Program-made: the position numbers and the translations under genes
Notes under the pieces: model-generated
Told to the model about the DNA's origin: nothing
The model's input: only the letters and a program-made list of their open reading frames with translations
Databases searched by the model: none
Assembly: GCA_951406725.2 (NCBI GenBank)
Contig: OX597832.1
Coordinates: 11,098,001 to 11,162,000, forward strand
Direction: 5' to 3'
Length of the DNA stretch: 64,000 bases
Source of the DNA: Octopus vulgaris
Taxonomy: Eukaryota
Shown here: piece by piece, positions 1 through 12,721 of the stretch
How the letters are laid out: each line of letters opens with the position of its first letter
Position numbering within the stretch: position 1 is the stretch's first letter

Positions 1-273
1 AGTATAACATGAAAATAAGCATATATACATACGTATATGTACAAACCTACATATATATGTATATATACATGCATATATGGCTACAGGATATCAAAGCAAG
101 AGCGTAGACAGAATGAGAAACGAGAAGATAAAAAACAAAAACATAGAAAACGAACTTTTTTCGAACTACGAAAAAAAACCCAAATAAACAAACAGAGAAA
201 CCAGACATGTAAAGTAAAGAACATCCTCTTCATCAGTCGTTACTTGTTTTATCTGCTCCACGTTTCGATGGTA

Positions 274-795
274 AGGACAAGAGGTGACATATTTAAGAAA
301 TATATAAAGATAAGGAGAGACAGACAGACAGAAAGACATGCATACTGATAAATAGAAAAATAGATAGATAGATAGAGGATAGATGGATAGATAGATAGAT
401 AGATAGATGGATAGATAAATCTTATTTTCTCTTAGTCACAGCAAGACAAATAACCAGGATTTAGAAGCCAGTATATTTCTAACAGGCGGTATTTTTTAAG
501 CTCCGGATGTAGAATTAACTGATGTCCACTTCTCTTGGATCGTTAGGACAAGAGGTGACGTATTTAAGAAATGTATAAAGATAAGGAGAGACAGACAGAC
601 AGAAAGACATGCATACTGATAAATAGAAAAATGGATAGATAGATAGATAGATAGATAGATGGATAGATAAATCTTATTTTTTCTTAGTCACAGCAAGACA
701 AATAACCAGGTTTTAGAAGCCAGTATATTCCTAACAGGCGGTATTTTTTAAGCTCCGGATGTAGAATTAACTGATGTCCACTTCTCTTGGATCGT
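274..795. repeat. Tandem duplication of ~250-270 bp (274-543 and 545-795)
   Basis: Both units start aggacaagaggtgac and end cacttctcttggatcgt. They are near-identical apart from (GATA)n length. Confidence 0.95.
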
Positions 796-1006
796 ATATG
801 AATCACACTAAGGAATGTAATATTGATTAATATACGTCAGGAGCACTGATTTATGTAATTACATTCATAGCATTACAGCTGTTTCCGCTACAAGACGTCA
901 GACTTTCGCTCACCATTGGATACATAGGTCTTAGTGAAGAAACATCTGCGAGTCAAAGAATGTAATTATGTAACTCCTGTTCCATTATTAATTGATGATA
1001 TATGCA

Positions 1007-1054
<48 letters not shown>

Positions 1055-1343
1055 TTATGTGTGATCTATGTGCTTGTGTACGTATCGTTGTGCGTCTAAT
1101 TTTCACATATATTTCTAGGATGAGTTGATGTTGCAAGTTGCATAGCTATGTTTCTTATTAATTACGCATTGTAATCTCGCACCTTTGAATATCTGAAATT
1201 ATATTTTATTACTGATTCACCACGTTTCCTTATCTACCTGTGAAGTGGTATACAGGTAACAGGAATGTCTTAATTAGTATAAGTGTGCATAGGCATGTCT
1301 CAGAGCATGTATATAAGTCTGTATATGTATGTATTCTAGTATG

Positions 1344-1380
<37 letters not shown>

Positions 1381-1381
<1 letters not shown>

Positions 1382-1622
1382 AGGCGCAATGGCCCAGTGG
1401 TTAGGGTTTGCGAACTGGCGGTTTCGATTCCCAAACCGGGCGTTTTAGTGTTTATTGGGCGAAAACACCTAAAGCTCCACGAGGCTCCGGCAGGCGGGGT
1501 GGCGATCCCTGATGTACTCTTTCACCACAACTTTCTCTCGCTCTTTCTTCTGTTGGCCTACTCGCTTAGCTAGCAGGGTGGCGTCATTTGAAGGCTAAAA
1601 CAATGCGAAGCGCATTGTGACC
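1381..1622 (+). mobile_element. tRNA-derived SINE, family A (OR-like octopus SINE), 3'-truncated
   Basis: A-box tggcccagtggttagg and B-box ggtttcgattccc. The body aacacctaaagctccacgaggctccggc is shared with the copies at 9826 and 23991. Confidence 0.85.
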
Positions 1623-2394
1623 AATTAAAACGTACAGGCAAATCTATAAAAAAAAATACTAAATATTACCAGCATTGCTAGAAACAAGAGTCAAAGAATT
1701 TCTCAGCAACAAAAGCACTTATCTTAATAAGATGGTGAAAGAGGGGGAGCGAGAAAGTTAAGTACTGTAGTGAGACAAGCCCACAATTCAAGCAGATATA
1801 TACATATCACGTGATTTCGAACTCTGATACGTTGCGTCTCATTCTTTGTCAGAGGACCTTACTCCGCCTAGGGTTATGTATAACTCGAATTTTCTTATTT
1901 TTTAGTTGATGAGTGTCTGTGTGTATGAGTGTATATACATACACATACTCAAATAGATAGTTAGATAGATAGATAGATAGATAGATAGATTAATAGATAT
2001 GTGGTGGACTTTCGTGGATGACTGATGAGTATTGTACAAATGCTTACTGAACAACCGGTGCAGATGATTTGTATAGTCATCAATAATTTGTTCTGTATAT
2101 TAGTTCATTCACTGAATCAAATATAATTTGCCTGCACAGGTGTACAGTATGCCAAACGTTAATTGTTAAATTCACCGCACACCAACGTCAAATGAAGTGT
2201 TTGCCCCAGAGTACCAGCCCATGTGTGTGCATATATTTGTATGTCTACAGAAAGGAAGATATAGAAATTGATACGCTAAGTGCGCCATATTTGTCTTACT
2301 TTACTCTTTTCAATAGCAGCCATGTTAAACTCAATAGAGGGAAAATACAAATCTGAAAATACGACGTCTGATAGAACGAATATATTATACATTT

Positions 2395-2625
2395 CACCTT
2401 TAGTTGTTTCTATCATCAGACTAAATATTTGGTATATTTGACGTGCATTGGCAGCGCCTTAAAGAAATTCCAGCGAACGAATTGACCCAGTACTTGTTTT
2501 ATTTCTTAGCCTGGTACTTTTGTACTTATTCTATCGCTCACTTTTGTTGAACTGCTAATTTACGGAAACATAAAAACATACCAACACCAGTTGTCAAGCG
2601 AAGGTGAAGAACTAAGACAGGAGCA
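2395..2625 (-). mobile_element. SINE family B, 3' half of an older minus-strand copy
   Basis: Reverse complement of 2830-3030 and 38230-38420 (tacttattctatcg, aacaccagttgtcaagcga). Confidence 0.75.
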
Positions 2626-2654
2626 AATACGTACATACACATATACAAACATAA

Positions 2655-3030
2655 GGTAAGTAGCTTGTTTACCAACCACATGGTTCCGGGTTCAGTCCCA
2701 CTGCGTGGCTCCTTGGGCAAGTGTCTTCTACTATAGCCCCGGGCCGACCAAAGTCTTATGAGTGGATTTGGTAGACGGAAATTGAAAGAATCCCGTCATA
2801 TGTATGTGTGTGTGTGTGTGTGTTTGTCTGTCGGTATTTGTCTCCCCAACATCGCTTGTCAACCGATGCTGGTGTGTTTATGTCGTTGTAACTTAACGGT
2901 TCGGCAAATTCGACCGATAGAATAAGTGCTAGGCTTACAAAGAATAAGTCCTGAGGTCAATTTGCTCGACTAAAGGCGGTGCTCCAGCATGGTCACAGTC
3001 AAGTGACTGAAACGGGTAAAAGAATAAAGG
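2655..3030 (+). mobile_element. tRNA-derived SINE family B with internal (TG)n
   Basis: B-box ggttcagtccc, CORE-like ccttgggcaagtgtctt, and tail gctccagcatggtcacagtcaagtgactgaaac. Colinear with 38020-38430. Confidence 0.9.
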
Positions 3031-3069
3031 AATACATGCATACATACATAATTTTGGTAGACATGAGGC

Positions 3070-3155
3070 GATAGTAGAATATCACGCAGTGAGACAGAAC
3101 CTTAAACTGCTTGGTTGCGAAGCAAACTCCTTACCACACAGCCACACCTTCGCCT
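3070..3155 (-). mobile_element. SINE family B 5' head (partner of 2395-2625)
   Basis: cttaccacacagccacacct is the reverse complement of the family-B head ggagtggctgtgtggtaag. Confidence 0.7.
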
Positions 3156-3608
3156 ATTTTATAATTGTACATTGGTCTTCATTATTGTGTTCTATAACGT
3201 GCGTAATACAAATGAAATATACGAAATATAACCAATTTATATCCTGTAATTCTCTCATAATATGTGTGTGTGAGAGAGAGAGAGTGAGATAGCGCGACGG
3301 TATGTATGTATTAGGAAGTGATTCAAAGGAGCAACAAGGCTGCTGTATCAACGCATTGTGTAAAGTACGAAGCAAGATGATGATGTTAGTAGCATATCTT
3401 TGCTATCCACTGTATCAATCGCCAGTGCACTTGACCTGGTTCCATTACTGGATTGAAGATGGCCATGGGCGTGCACAACTCTTTATCCATTTCAAGAAAA
3501 TCGCGCAAGTTATCAGTCATAATTTTATGAATAGCTTGTCTTTGTCGCTCCTATGAACGAACACAATGCTTGCATGTTTCTCTGTCAATTTGCTGTCAAT
3601 CTCTCTCT

Positions 3609-3662
<54 letters not shown>

Positions 3663-4505
3663 CTATGTATGCATTAAAATACGTATATGCCACTATATTT
3701 AGCGTCCTATCATTAGTCATCAACATCCTTGGTCATAGTACACCTCTCTCTTGGCAATCTTTTCTTCCATCTCACATTTACGACAGACTGTAATTACAGA
3801 TATATACGGTATTTCTGTAGTCACCCAGTGAGTAGGATCTTCAGGAAGGGCAACTACCTCCATTACGAAGGTTGTCAATGCACAGTTGGATTATACACTA
3901 CGTGCCAATCTGTACTTAGCAGGATCAACGATTGACTACCTCACAAATGGCTATATAAATATCCACAGTCAGATTATCGTAATGAAAGTATATCCATACT
4001 TTGAGAAGGAGAAGAGGAAATTTCTGATCGCGGAACACCAAAGGAAAATTTCCTGAGCCAAACACGTTCCAATGTTACATATACAAGCGACAGAAATAAC
4101 GTTGGTAACCAATAGCAATGTATGTACTCTTAACTTGTGTGTATGTTAAGAAGGTTAAAATATTGCAGTACTCGTCCTGAGAGAATCTCAGATTTTTACT
4201 GCTTAAAGGCACCGGTTGTAAAACGGTAAGATCACTTGGTTTATGTATCTTTGCATTTCATCATCAGTTGCTATCCATTACCACTGGCAACACTGGTGGT
4301 AGATACTTTTTGTATGCTACTTATATTTTTGCGCTCTTAGTCGCTAAATAGCTATACGAGATGCTCTATCAAGACGAATACTGCAGCATAACGATGTCCT
4401 AACAATACATCCACGTTAAGTAGTATATAAAGATTGCTTATATATACACACATCCAGCGACACACTCACACTCATATACACTTACACACACACACACACA
4501 CATAG

Positions 4506-4550
<45 letters not shown>

Positions 4551-4632
4551 CTGTTATAGAACCAGAATTGGTCACTTTTTGTCCGCTCTACTGTTAAGCA
4601 GTTAAAGTTTATAGGATATTCTCTCATAGGCT

Positions 4633-4812
4633 AAGGCGTGGGTATGTGGAAAGAAACTTGATTTCCAGTATCATGGTTCCAGGTTCGGTCCCACTGCGTG
4701 ACAGTTTGGTCAAGTATCTTCTAATATATGCACGACCCGACCAAAACCCCTGAAGGTGGAGCTCCAGCATGACTATATTCAAATGACTGAGACAAATAAA
4801 AGAACAAAAGAA
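4633..4812 (+). mobile_element. SINE family B, internally deleted
   Basis: Head catggttccaggttcggtcccactgcgtg is joined to tail gctccagcatgactatattcaaatgactgagac. Confidence 0.8.
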
Positions 4813-7087
4813 TATATATATACATGTATATATATATTATACACGCACGTACACACTGACGCACACTTATGTTTATATACACACTGACATACAGGTGTAT
4901 ATATTATACATAAGATGACACGTGCCTATTCTTGCTACTTCTGAATAAGAAAATTTCACGATAATTTAGATTTCAAGGGAACAGTGGAAATATATAAACT
5001 GTTCAAACGCATTCTAAATAAGGAAATGAATGCGTGTCGTATTATCTCACAGGAAACAAATTATCTACTTCTCTTAAAAGCATTTTAAATCGTACACTGA
5101 AAACGTTTATCACTAATGAAAAATTCTGAGAACAAAAATCATAATATACGTGGGCGAGAACACCTGTCACTTTTTTTGTTTTTTGTTTTTTTGTCTTATT
5201 TTCTAAAATATTTCATAAACCTATCAGATTTATTAGCAGTAAATTTAGAAGCGGATGGCATATTAACAAATATATTCCAAACACTCTACAGGTTATATAA
5301 TAAGATAGTCAGGCACAAATACGTGTGTGTGTGCCTATGTGTACGTATGTTTCTGTGTAAGTATATGCGTATCTTGTGCATGCGTGCCTATGTATGCATC
5401 TATACCTCTTTTTATGATATCTGGTCCACTAGAGAAGAATGTCTTAAGTTTCTATGATACTTAACAGCGTATGTATGTGTAATCAATTTTCTTCACAATG
5501 TGTGTATTGCTAAGTACGTATTTCCGTAAACTTTGGCAATTTGTTTAACGTCATTCCGGTACAGTTATGTTATTTCTAAACTTTGAGCATTAACCTACTT
5601 CTGTCTTATCTTAACATATCTTTACTTAAGATGCCAGCTGTTCTAGGTTCTAGTTATGTTACCCAACCGTGAATAGACGTGTATCTGTCTACCTAACGCA
5701 ACGCTCTTCATTTCAATTGACTTATATTCATTAAACTATAATCTAAATACGCAACAAAACAAAATGCATTGTTTTTCTTTCAACAAATGAAACTAAAATG
5801 AAATTAAAGAAAAACAGCTGATAGCTGTTTACTTCATCAACAAATACATCTTATATATGCCAATTGAAACAATTCGTAACATAGAACAAACATTGAACGG
5901 AAATTCATAGAATTTAGTTTTTAATAGATAACTAGTCTGCTTAAATGGATTAATGCTACAATCGCGGTTAGTTTAAGAAACTAGTTTTAATGGAACGCAA
6001 ATAGTAGGCAGTTATTCTAAAATAGCGTATTGGTAACTATTTAGATTTATGTACATGTGTAACGCTTTCTATTTTTAAAAACTGAGGGTTCAATCTGCAG
6101 GTGATGCAGTACCATTTGAAAATTATGAACAATAATCTTTCAATACTGTCCAACGTTGCTGGAATGTAATTCAAAAATCACCCACGGTGCGGTATTCGCC
6201 CCCCACGAAAGTGAAACTCATACGGCATAAAAGCATAATGATTTGATTTTTAGTTCAACTGATTATGCGTTAGATACCATCACTTCGTAACAGATAAAAT
6301 CAGAAAAAAAGACCAAATTTGAAGAAATTCTTCAAAAACTACCTGACAAGCCCTGACACATTAATACATCACAACGAGCAAAATATTCCCTATTCACAGG
6401 TGGGATATAATGTCCTAAAGGGCTGCTCATTCTGCTGCTGTTTATTTAGATGTAGTCTGGGCCAATAATGGCCGGAATTAATCTAAGCTGCATAACTACA
6501 CATGTTGCAGTATTTCATTAATCAACTAATAGAATGAATGCAAAAGATATTCCATTGAAAGGAGAAGACAGGCAAAGAATTCCAATATGGTCATAAAATC
6601 TAAATTATATTCATAAAGAAATCATTTTCAATTTAGATGTTACCAAGAACTGAGTTGTTTAACAGTTAGAAAATGATGCAAATTTAAGAGCTTTTCACCC
6701 GCACTCTCTAAGTAGCAATGATTAAGGTAATTAAGGTACTGGACACATCTGAGATGATGCAAATAGACATCACTCAGTGACCTGGCGATTATTCTTTACT
6801 GATTTGACCGTTGCATTCCAAGATTCAATAAGTCTGTTCCTACAAATATGTTTATCGATTCTACAGTACTTTGATAACAACGAATTATTACATAGAGCTC
6901 ATATCGACTTAGGTAAGATAATTAAACGTTATTGTAGCAAATATACCACGTTATGTGTATACATATTTGATACACATACGGAATTACCTTTTAGTGATTT
7001 ATTCAGAGAATTAAGGCTAATAATAAGATGCAACACAGAATCATCGTTCTTGCAGTACGAAACAACATACAATAAATGAGTAAAATA

Positions 7088-7149
<62 letters not shown>

Positions 7150-7151
<2 letters not shown>

Positions 7152-7292
7152 TTTCAAGTTGTGTCATCGAAATCTACTTCTAAAGCTTCGGCCAGCCCGA
7201 CACTATAGCAGAATACTATTTCTCAGGGTGCCAAGCAGTGGAACTGAATCCGGAGCCATGCGGTTGGAAAGCAAGCTTAACACACAGTCACG

Positions 7293-7296
<4 letters not shown>
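7150..7296 (-). mobile_element. SINE family B 5' part
   Basis: gcagtggaactgaatccggagccatgcggttggaaagcaagctt is the reverse complement of the family-B head. Confidence 0.75.
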
Positions 7297-7343
<47 letters not shown>

Positions 7344-9072
7344 ATATATATATATACATACATACATACAGAATGAGAGAGGGAAACAGAGAAAGATAAT
7401 TATAGATATGAATCTGCATTTTTTCAAATATGATTCTGTATGGTTGTTATTTTATAGATATATTCAATGATAAGACACAATTTCAGGTTAATTTTACCAA
7501 ACCTTTATATTAGCTTTTGTTTGTCACATTGTTCTCACAGTCAGTAACATAAATTTGTTACGGAAAACATTGCAGCCACGAATATTCGTTCTTATCTTTT
7601 TTAGAGTTTTTGTTTTAATACTTATGTGTAACTACACTGTGTAGTTAATAATATAAATAATCATAGAATATAATGAGAAATATATACATTCATGTTTGTT
7701 TTCTAAGACAATAGAATGCCCTATATGGGTTGTTTGGTTATTACTGCTATCAGATCATTAGAACTAGCACAAGCTTCCTACATTCTGCTGCTGTGAAATC
7801 TCTCGTTTCCTGATTGAATTTACAGCGCACGCTCATTGATAAATATGTCGGTGGTTAATGTTTTCTGAAATAAAATGATGAGGTTTTTATTTTAAATAAC
7901 ACACACACAAGAAGCAAAAAAAAAAGAAGCAAGAACCCATTTTAGTAAATGATCAATTTTATTGTCATGCAAATTTTCATTTTCCCTTAGTAGTGATTAG
8001 AGGAAACATTTCTTTATGAACTGAAATCCAAAGATTTTGTGATTATACGATTAGATTTTGTCTGTAAAAAAATAAATCACTACTTGATTGCTAATCAAGT
8101 CCTTTGATATTTTGCTTGTTTGTTTATGTTTTACTTTTATTATTTTAACAATCATTACTGGAACACGTTAAGGCAATATGGTTAGAGTGGAGAGGCATTA
8201 GATTGATTAAGCCTACATTAGAATCGATTTTCATACAAATCAATATGGTTATATGTGCAGTAAGGAGATATAAAAAGGAACCATGTTTTACTTTTAGCTG
8301 CAAGCTGAAGAGAATAACAGATATCCTATCGTTTTGCTGCAGAAGAGAGATTTTGAAAATTTTCAGCTACGCTTATGCAACGACCACACCAAATTTCATT
8401 TATCTCTCATTCGGTTAACTGCAGAAACCTCTTAAGCACTGACCTCTTGGTTTATTGTATTTCCTGAAAAATGAACTTGAACAGTGAAATAGAATTCAAT
8501 ATTAATATATCTGTGCCATTTTAAGAAATTACTTTCGAAGTAATCATTGGTTAGCGCTTTTACACGCATGCATAGATAACTTAAGGACAATAGTAGTGAG
8601 CTGTTTGAATTAATACCTATCCATTCATCATTTAATTGCACGTATGATGTTCAGTCATGGCTCAGAAAAAAAGCACTTTCTCTTTTTTTATTTGACAATT
8701 TAATTGCCATATAAAATTCAAGATTATAGAGACAAACGAGGATAAATTGTATTGATTTTCGAAGTATTAATGGTAATTCAATGGACTTTTAACGGATGCG
8801 AATACTTCAAAGTTTTAGGTATATCTATATAATATATTTAAATATCCATTAACCTTTTCAAATATCACCAAAATGAAACTCATTTTACCTTAGTGATTGA
8901 AACTTAGACATTTGCATATAAATTATGTGTCGTTCTTTATACACTGGAAATATACTCGGAGTTGAAAGTACAATTTATAAACTTGGCTCATAAATAAAAA
9001 ACACACTTTTGAAGCTCAAATTTATAAAGTTAGATAAGTAGCAAACCATCACCCACCCCCATATATATATAC

Positions 9073-9103
<31 letters not shown>

Positions 9104-9659
9104 CATATACATATTCAAATTAGAACTTGCTAGCTGAATTAAAAATGCTGGTTAAATGTCAACAACTCCATTTAAAACTTGTTGTCAAAAATGCAAATAT
9201 GAATGTCTATACATTAAGCCACATTCTCAATGTTCTCAGTTTTTTTTTTTTCTCTTTTGCGATTGAGGTAATTGAAATTTTGAAATAGATAAGTTATAAA
9301 GTAATTTTATACGACAGTTTCTATTACATCAGGAATGAAGTTGGAAACATTTAATAGAATCTCACTGTATGCACCGTGATATTTAAAAATGTTTTAATAG
9401 CAAGTCAGTGAATGCACTACATAACAACATCAGTTATGCTTAAGGTGGTTTAAGAAAACAGTGAAAATTGCATTTGAAATTAGAAATAAGAAATGAGAAA
9501 TTAGAGATTTAATATAAAAAGAATTTGATGTACTAAAACTGTTCAAATGAATTTATCTGTAATTTCATATATATTTTATCAGGGAATGTATGCAAAATCT
9601 TTTAAAAATTATAACAAGTATATTTCTTTTTAATTTTCCTACAATATCAACACTTTTCT

Positions 9660-9806
9660 GGAGAGAGGGTACTTTCTTCTATCGACATCGAAGGATAAAA
9701 GGTAAAGTTGAGGTCGACAGGATTAGAATTCAGAATATAAAGATTAAGATGGAATGTTGCTAAGCATTTTATCAGGCGTGCTAACAGTTCTATCAACACG
9801 TCGGTC
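9660..9806 (-). mobile_element. SINE family C, decayed
   Basis: aaggataaaaggtaaagttga and gctaagcattttatcaggcgtgctaac are reverse-complement matches to 52259-52390. Confidence 0.7.
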
Positions 9807-9825
9807 TAATAACAGCAACAGCAGT

Positions 9826-9980
9826 GGAGGCGCAAAGGCCCAGTTTTTAGGGCAGACCGGGCATTGTGAGTGTTTATTGAGCAAACACGCCTAAGCTCCA
9901 CGAGGCTCCGGCGGGGTAGTGGTGGTGGTGAACCCCGCTGTACTCTTTCACCACAACTCTCTCTCACTCTTCCTTCCTAC
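9826..9980 (+). mobile_element. SINE family A with deleted B-box region
   Basis: ggaggcgcaaaggcccag, ctaagctccacgaggctccggc and gtactctttcaccacaact match 1381-1550. Confidence 0.8.
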
Positions 9981-10040
9981 TTCTGCCAGAAAGCAGAGGA
10001 ACCATGGTGTAACTCACTATGGTGTGGTAAACTTTCAGAC

Positions 10041-10220
10041 CCTAGTCTAGATTGCGAATCCTCTTTACCCCAGGATGGTTCAGCTCTCCACCTGTTAAAA
10101 GCCACCATTTAGGGAATGAGGATAACAACGTGGCTTTCGCGCCCGTACAACCGCCACTCTATCGCGTGTGGCGGATGGATCCTCAAGTTGCTACACTCAT
10201 CCTTTGTAGCTTAGACTAGG
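10041..10220. ncRNA. Candidate structured RNA element (closed multi-helix pseudoknot), possibly a retroelement 5'-UTR domain
   Basis: Perfect helices: 10041-49/10212-20 (9 bp), 10098-105/10130-37 (8 bp), 10151-57/10168-74 (7 bp), 10190-95/10205-10 (6 bp), plus crossing 10117-23/10179-85 (7 bp). Confidence 0.5.
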
Positions 10221-10294
10221 CACGAATTAGAGATTATTCTTTGTGGCTAATGGCATGAGTCCTGATTGGAAGAAGAAGAAGAACAACAACAACA

Positions 10295-10490
10295 ACAATG
10301 ATTTCAAATTTTGCTACACCAACTTCAGGGTAGAGTTTAAATCGATTACATCGGTCGCAGTGCTCAACTGGTACATACTTAATGAGCCTCGAAAGGTAAA
10401 AGGCATAGTCGACCTTGGCAGAATTTGAACTCAACAAATGCCACAAAGCATTTTGTCCGTCATGCTAACAATTCTGTCTGCTCACCGCCT
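10295..10490 (-). mobile_element. SINE family C
   Basis: gaaaggtaaaaggcatagtcgaccttggcagaatttgaactc and ctgctcaccgcct are the reverse complement of the family-C body and head. Adjacent (AAT)n. Confidence 0.85.
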
Positions 10491-10491
10491 A

Positions 10492-10535
<44 letters not shown>

Positions 10536-12721
10536 CGATGACGTTGATGATAAATAATTTTTTCGAAAATCCGTAGAGAGGTTGAATTTCAGGTGAGATG
10601 ATTAGTCGATGCTATTGCACTCAACGTATTACTGGTATTTTACACAAACTTAAAACACGGCCCCAAAAAAGCAAGAGACAAGATTCAGATTATATTTAAT
10701 TAAATTTGTTGACCAACAGTAAGGAACATTTCACATTCAAAAGTAGATGATTATAAAGAGCACAAAAGTTACCGATCAATAAATAAGGAAGATACATGCT
10801 CGTTAAATGGGGTGGCTATATTTTGGGTTTTCTTTTTTTTTTTTGATCACGCAACTCACTACCCGGATGTGTATGAGGCATCAAATACAAGTGCAATTTA
10901 TCAGTCTTTTCTGCCAGCCAAAATCTGCTAGAGTAACTGCATATAGCCAATTCAGATAATTTCAAAAGCCACACTCAACTACCACAAAATTGGCTAGAGG
11001 GATCATCACATTACACTATCTATCTTCCTTTAAAATGGTACTTGTTGGTGACGAGGGTTTGTTCCCCGAGAAAAGATCTCCCCTTAACTAAATGAGCCGT
11101 ATTCACTATACAACGTTCATCGCCCTTCTTATTATATCTGCAACATCTGCGGTGTAGTAGTTGTGCTGCTCAAAGGCGTGGAGCATATAAGCGGCCACAC
11201 CTCTTCACACTTCTCGTTCTGGGATGTCAACTCGCATATACAGGTTGAGAGATTTCCTACACAGTATGAGAAACCCCATTTCTTGTAGTAGCCGTCGGTA
11301 TCCAAATAACCTCCTGTAAGTGATATCTTCTCTTCAATTAGTATCCAAGTGAGAAGGGCACCTGCTCACAATATCTTGCCGTATTTTATCTATCCCTAAA
11401 AGGGCTCCAAACTGATTACAGTTTCGATTGAATGAAAGTAAACGTTACATCACCTATTTGATTTTTCTGATGACGTATTACATGCAGAGCGTCTGGTACT
11501 GCATATTCCTTTCATTTGCAGTAACCCCTAGTGATTGATGCTGCAAGCCAATTTCACAGCCAGTTTCACAGCGAGATAGTCCTCCCAAACACATACGTGT
11601 TACTACTGATCGGTATCAATATCTTATACAAAAAGTGTCGTATCAAGATATACAGTTGAAATGTAAGAAACATCTTTTTGAACGAAGTGTACAATACAAA
11701 GAGCTCCGGAAAATGGCCAACGTTTTAAATCAGCAAATAAATGCTGATGTATATTGTTGTGGTTCAGATTCTGGAGGCAAGATGAATAACATCTTCTAGG
11801 ACAACACCTGGCACTAATGTTAGTGAACTGGTTAAAATTCCACCTAAATCAAATTTCGTGCACACTCGCTTGACAAATTGACGCTTTGAGTGTGGGCGCG
11901 GCATATGAATTTATTGGGCATAATGTGTCTCCGATAAAACATCCACGGTAAACGTCAACTGCGTGTGCAACAGCTGAGAGAAAATGCGTTGGATAACCAT
12001 AATTAGTTGATTGTTATTCTCTACATGTGTAGAATTTTCCTAAGTATGATTCCTAGAAAAAAGCAATAACAACTGAAAAAGAATTCTATGTCGTTGTGCT
12101 TTCCTAAATAAAAAAATTCTCTCTAATCCAGGCACACAAAAATGAAACTAGACGTAGCTTATATATATATCCTTGACATTTTTGTAAGTATTACACACCA
12201 ACTTCTCGTCATGACTATATTTACAAAATCCTGAAGTAGAATTAAGATTCCGGCCCAATCAAAACTTATTACCAATGAGTAAGAGGTTCGTAGTTACAAG
12301 CACATTTCTTTTCTTTTCTCGCTGATACGAAATATTGTATTGTAGAAACAGTTATGTGTTGCTGCTGTATAGACTCTGATAATATATGGTATATTACTCT
12401 TCTTTTTCGCTTTCCCAGACAATCCTCTAGGACCACATACGGCCACAGGTATAACATCTCTTTGCCGTTCTGGATTACTTGTCGAGTGGCATTTTGTTAT
12501 TTTTTTCCAGCCTTAATGAAGAAGAGCTCTTGAATGATTTTCTACAGTTTAAAGAAGATCAACTTTGCATGTCCATGCAGGGTGAACCTGAACACGTTAG
12601 AGGAATGTCGACTTTAGCCTAGTTCTATACTGTATTTCACCGATTAATATTCTACGGCACTCACTGAGGAAATAAAAGCTGGAAGTGGAAAAGGTCTGGA
12701 GAAAGTCGTCTTACTGCTTCA

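Noticed and set aside
2015-2082. Hammerhead at ctgatgag with gatgact/agtcatc stem
   Set aside because: No GAAA core and no correctly placed NUH.
8298-8435. Possible terminal exon LQAEENNRYPIVLLQKR...
   Set aside because: No recognisable homology, and the phase is incompatible with the nearby donor at 6912.
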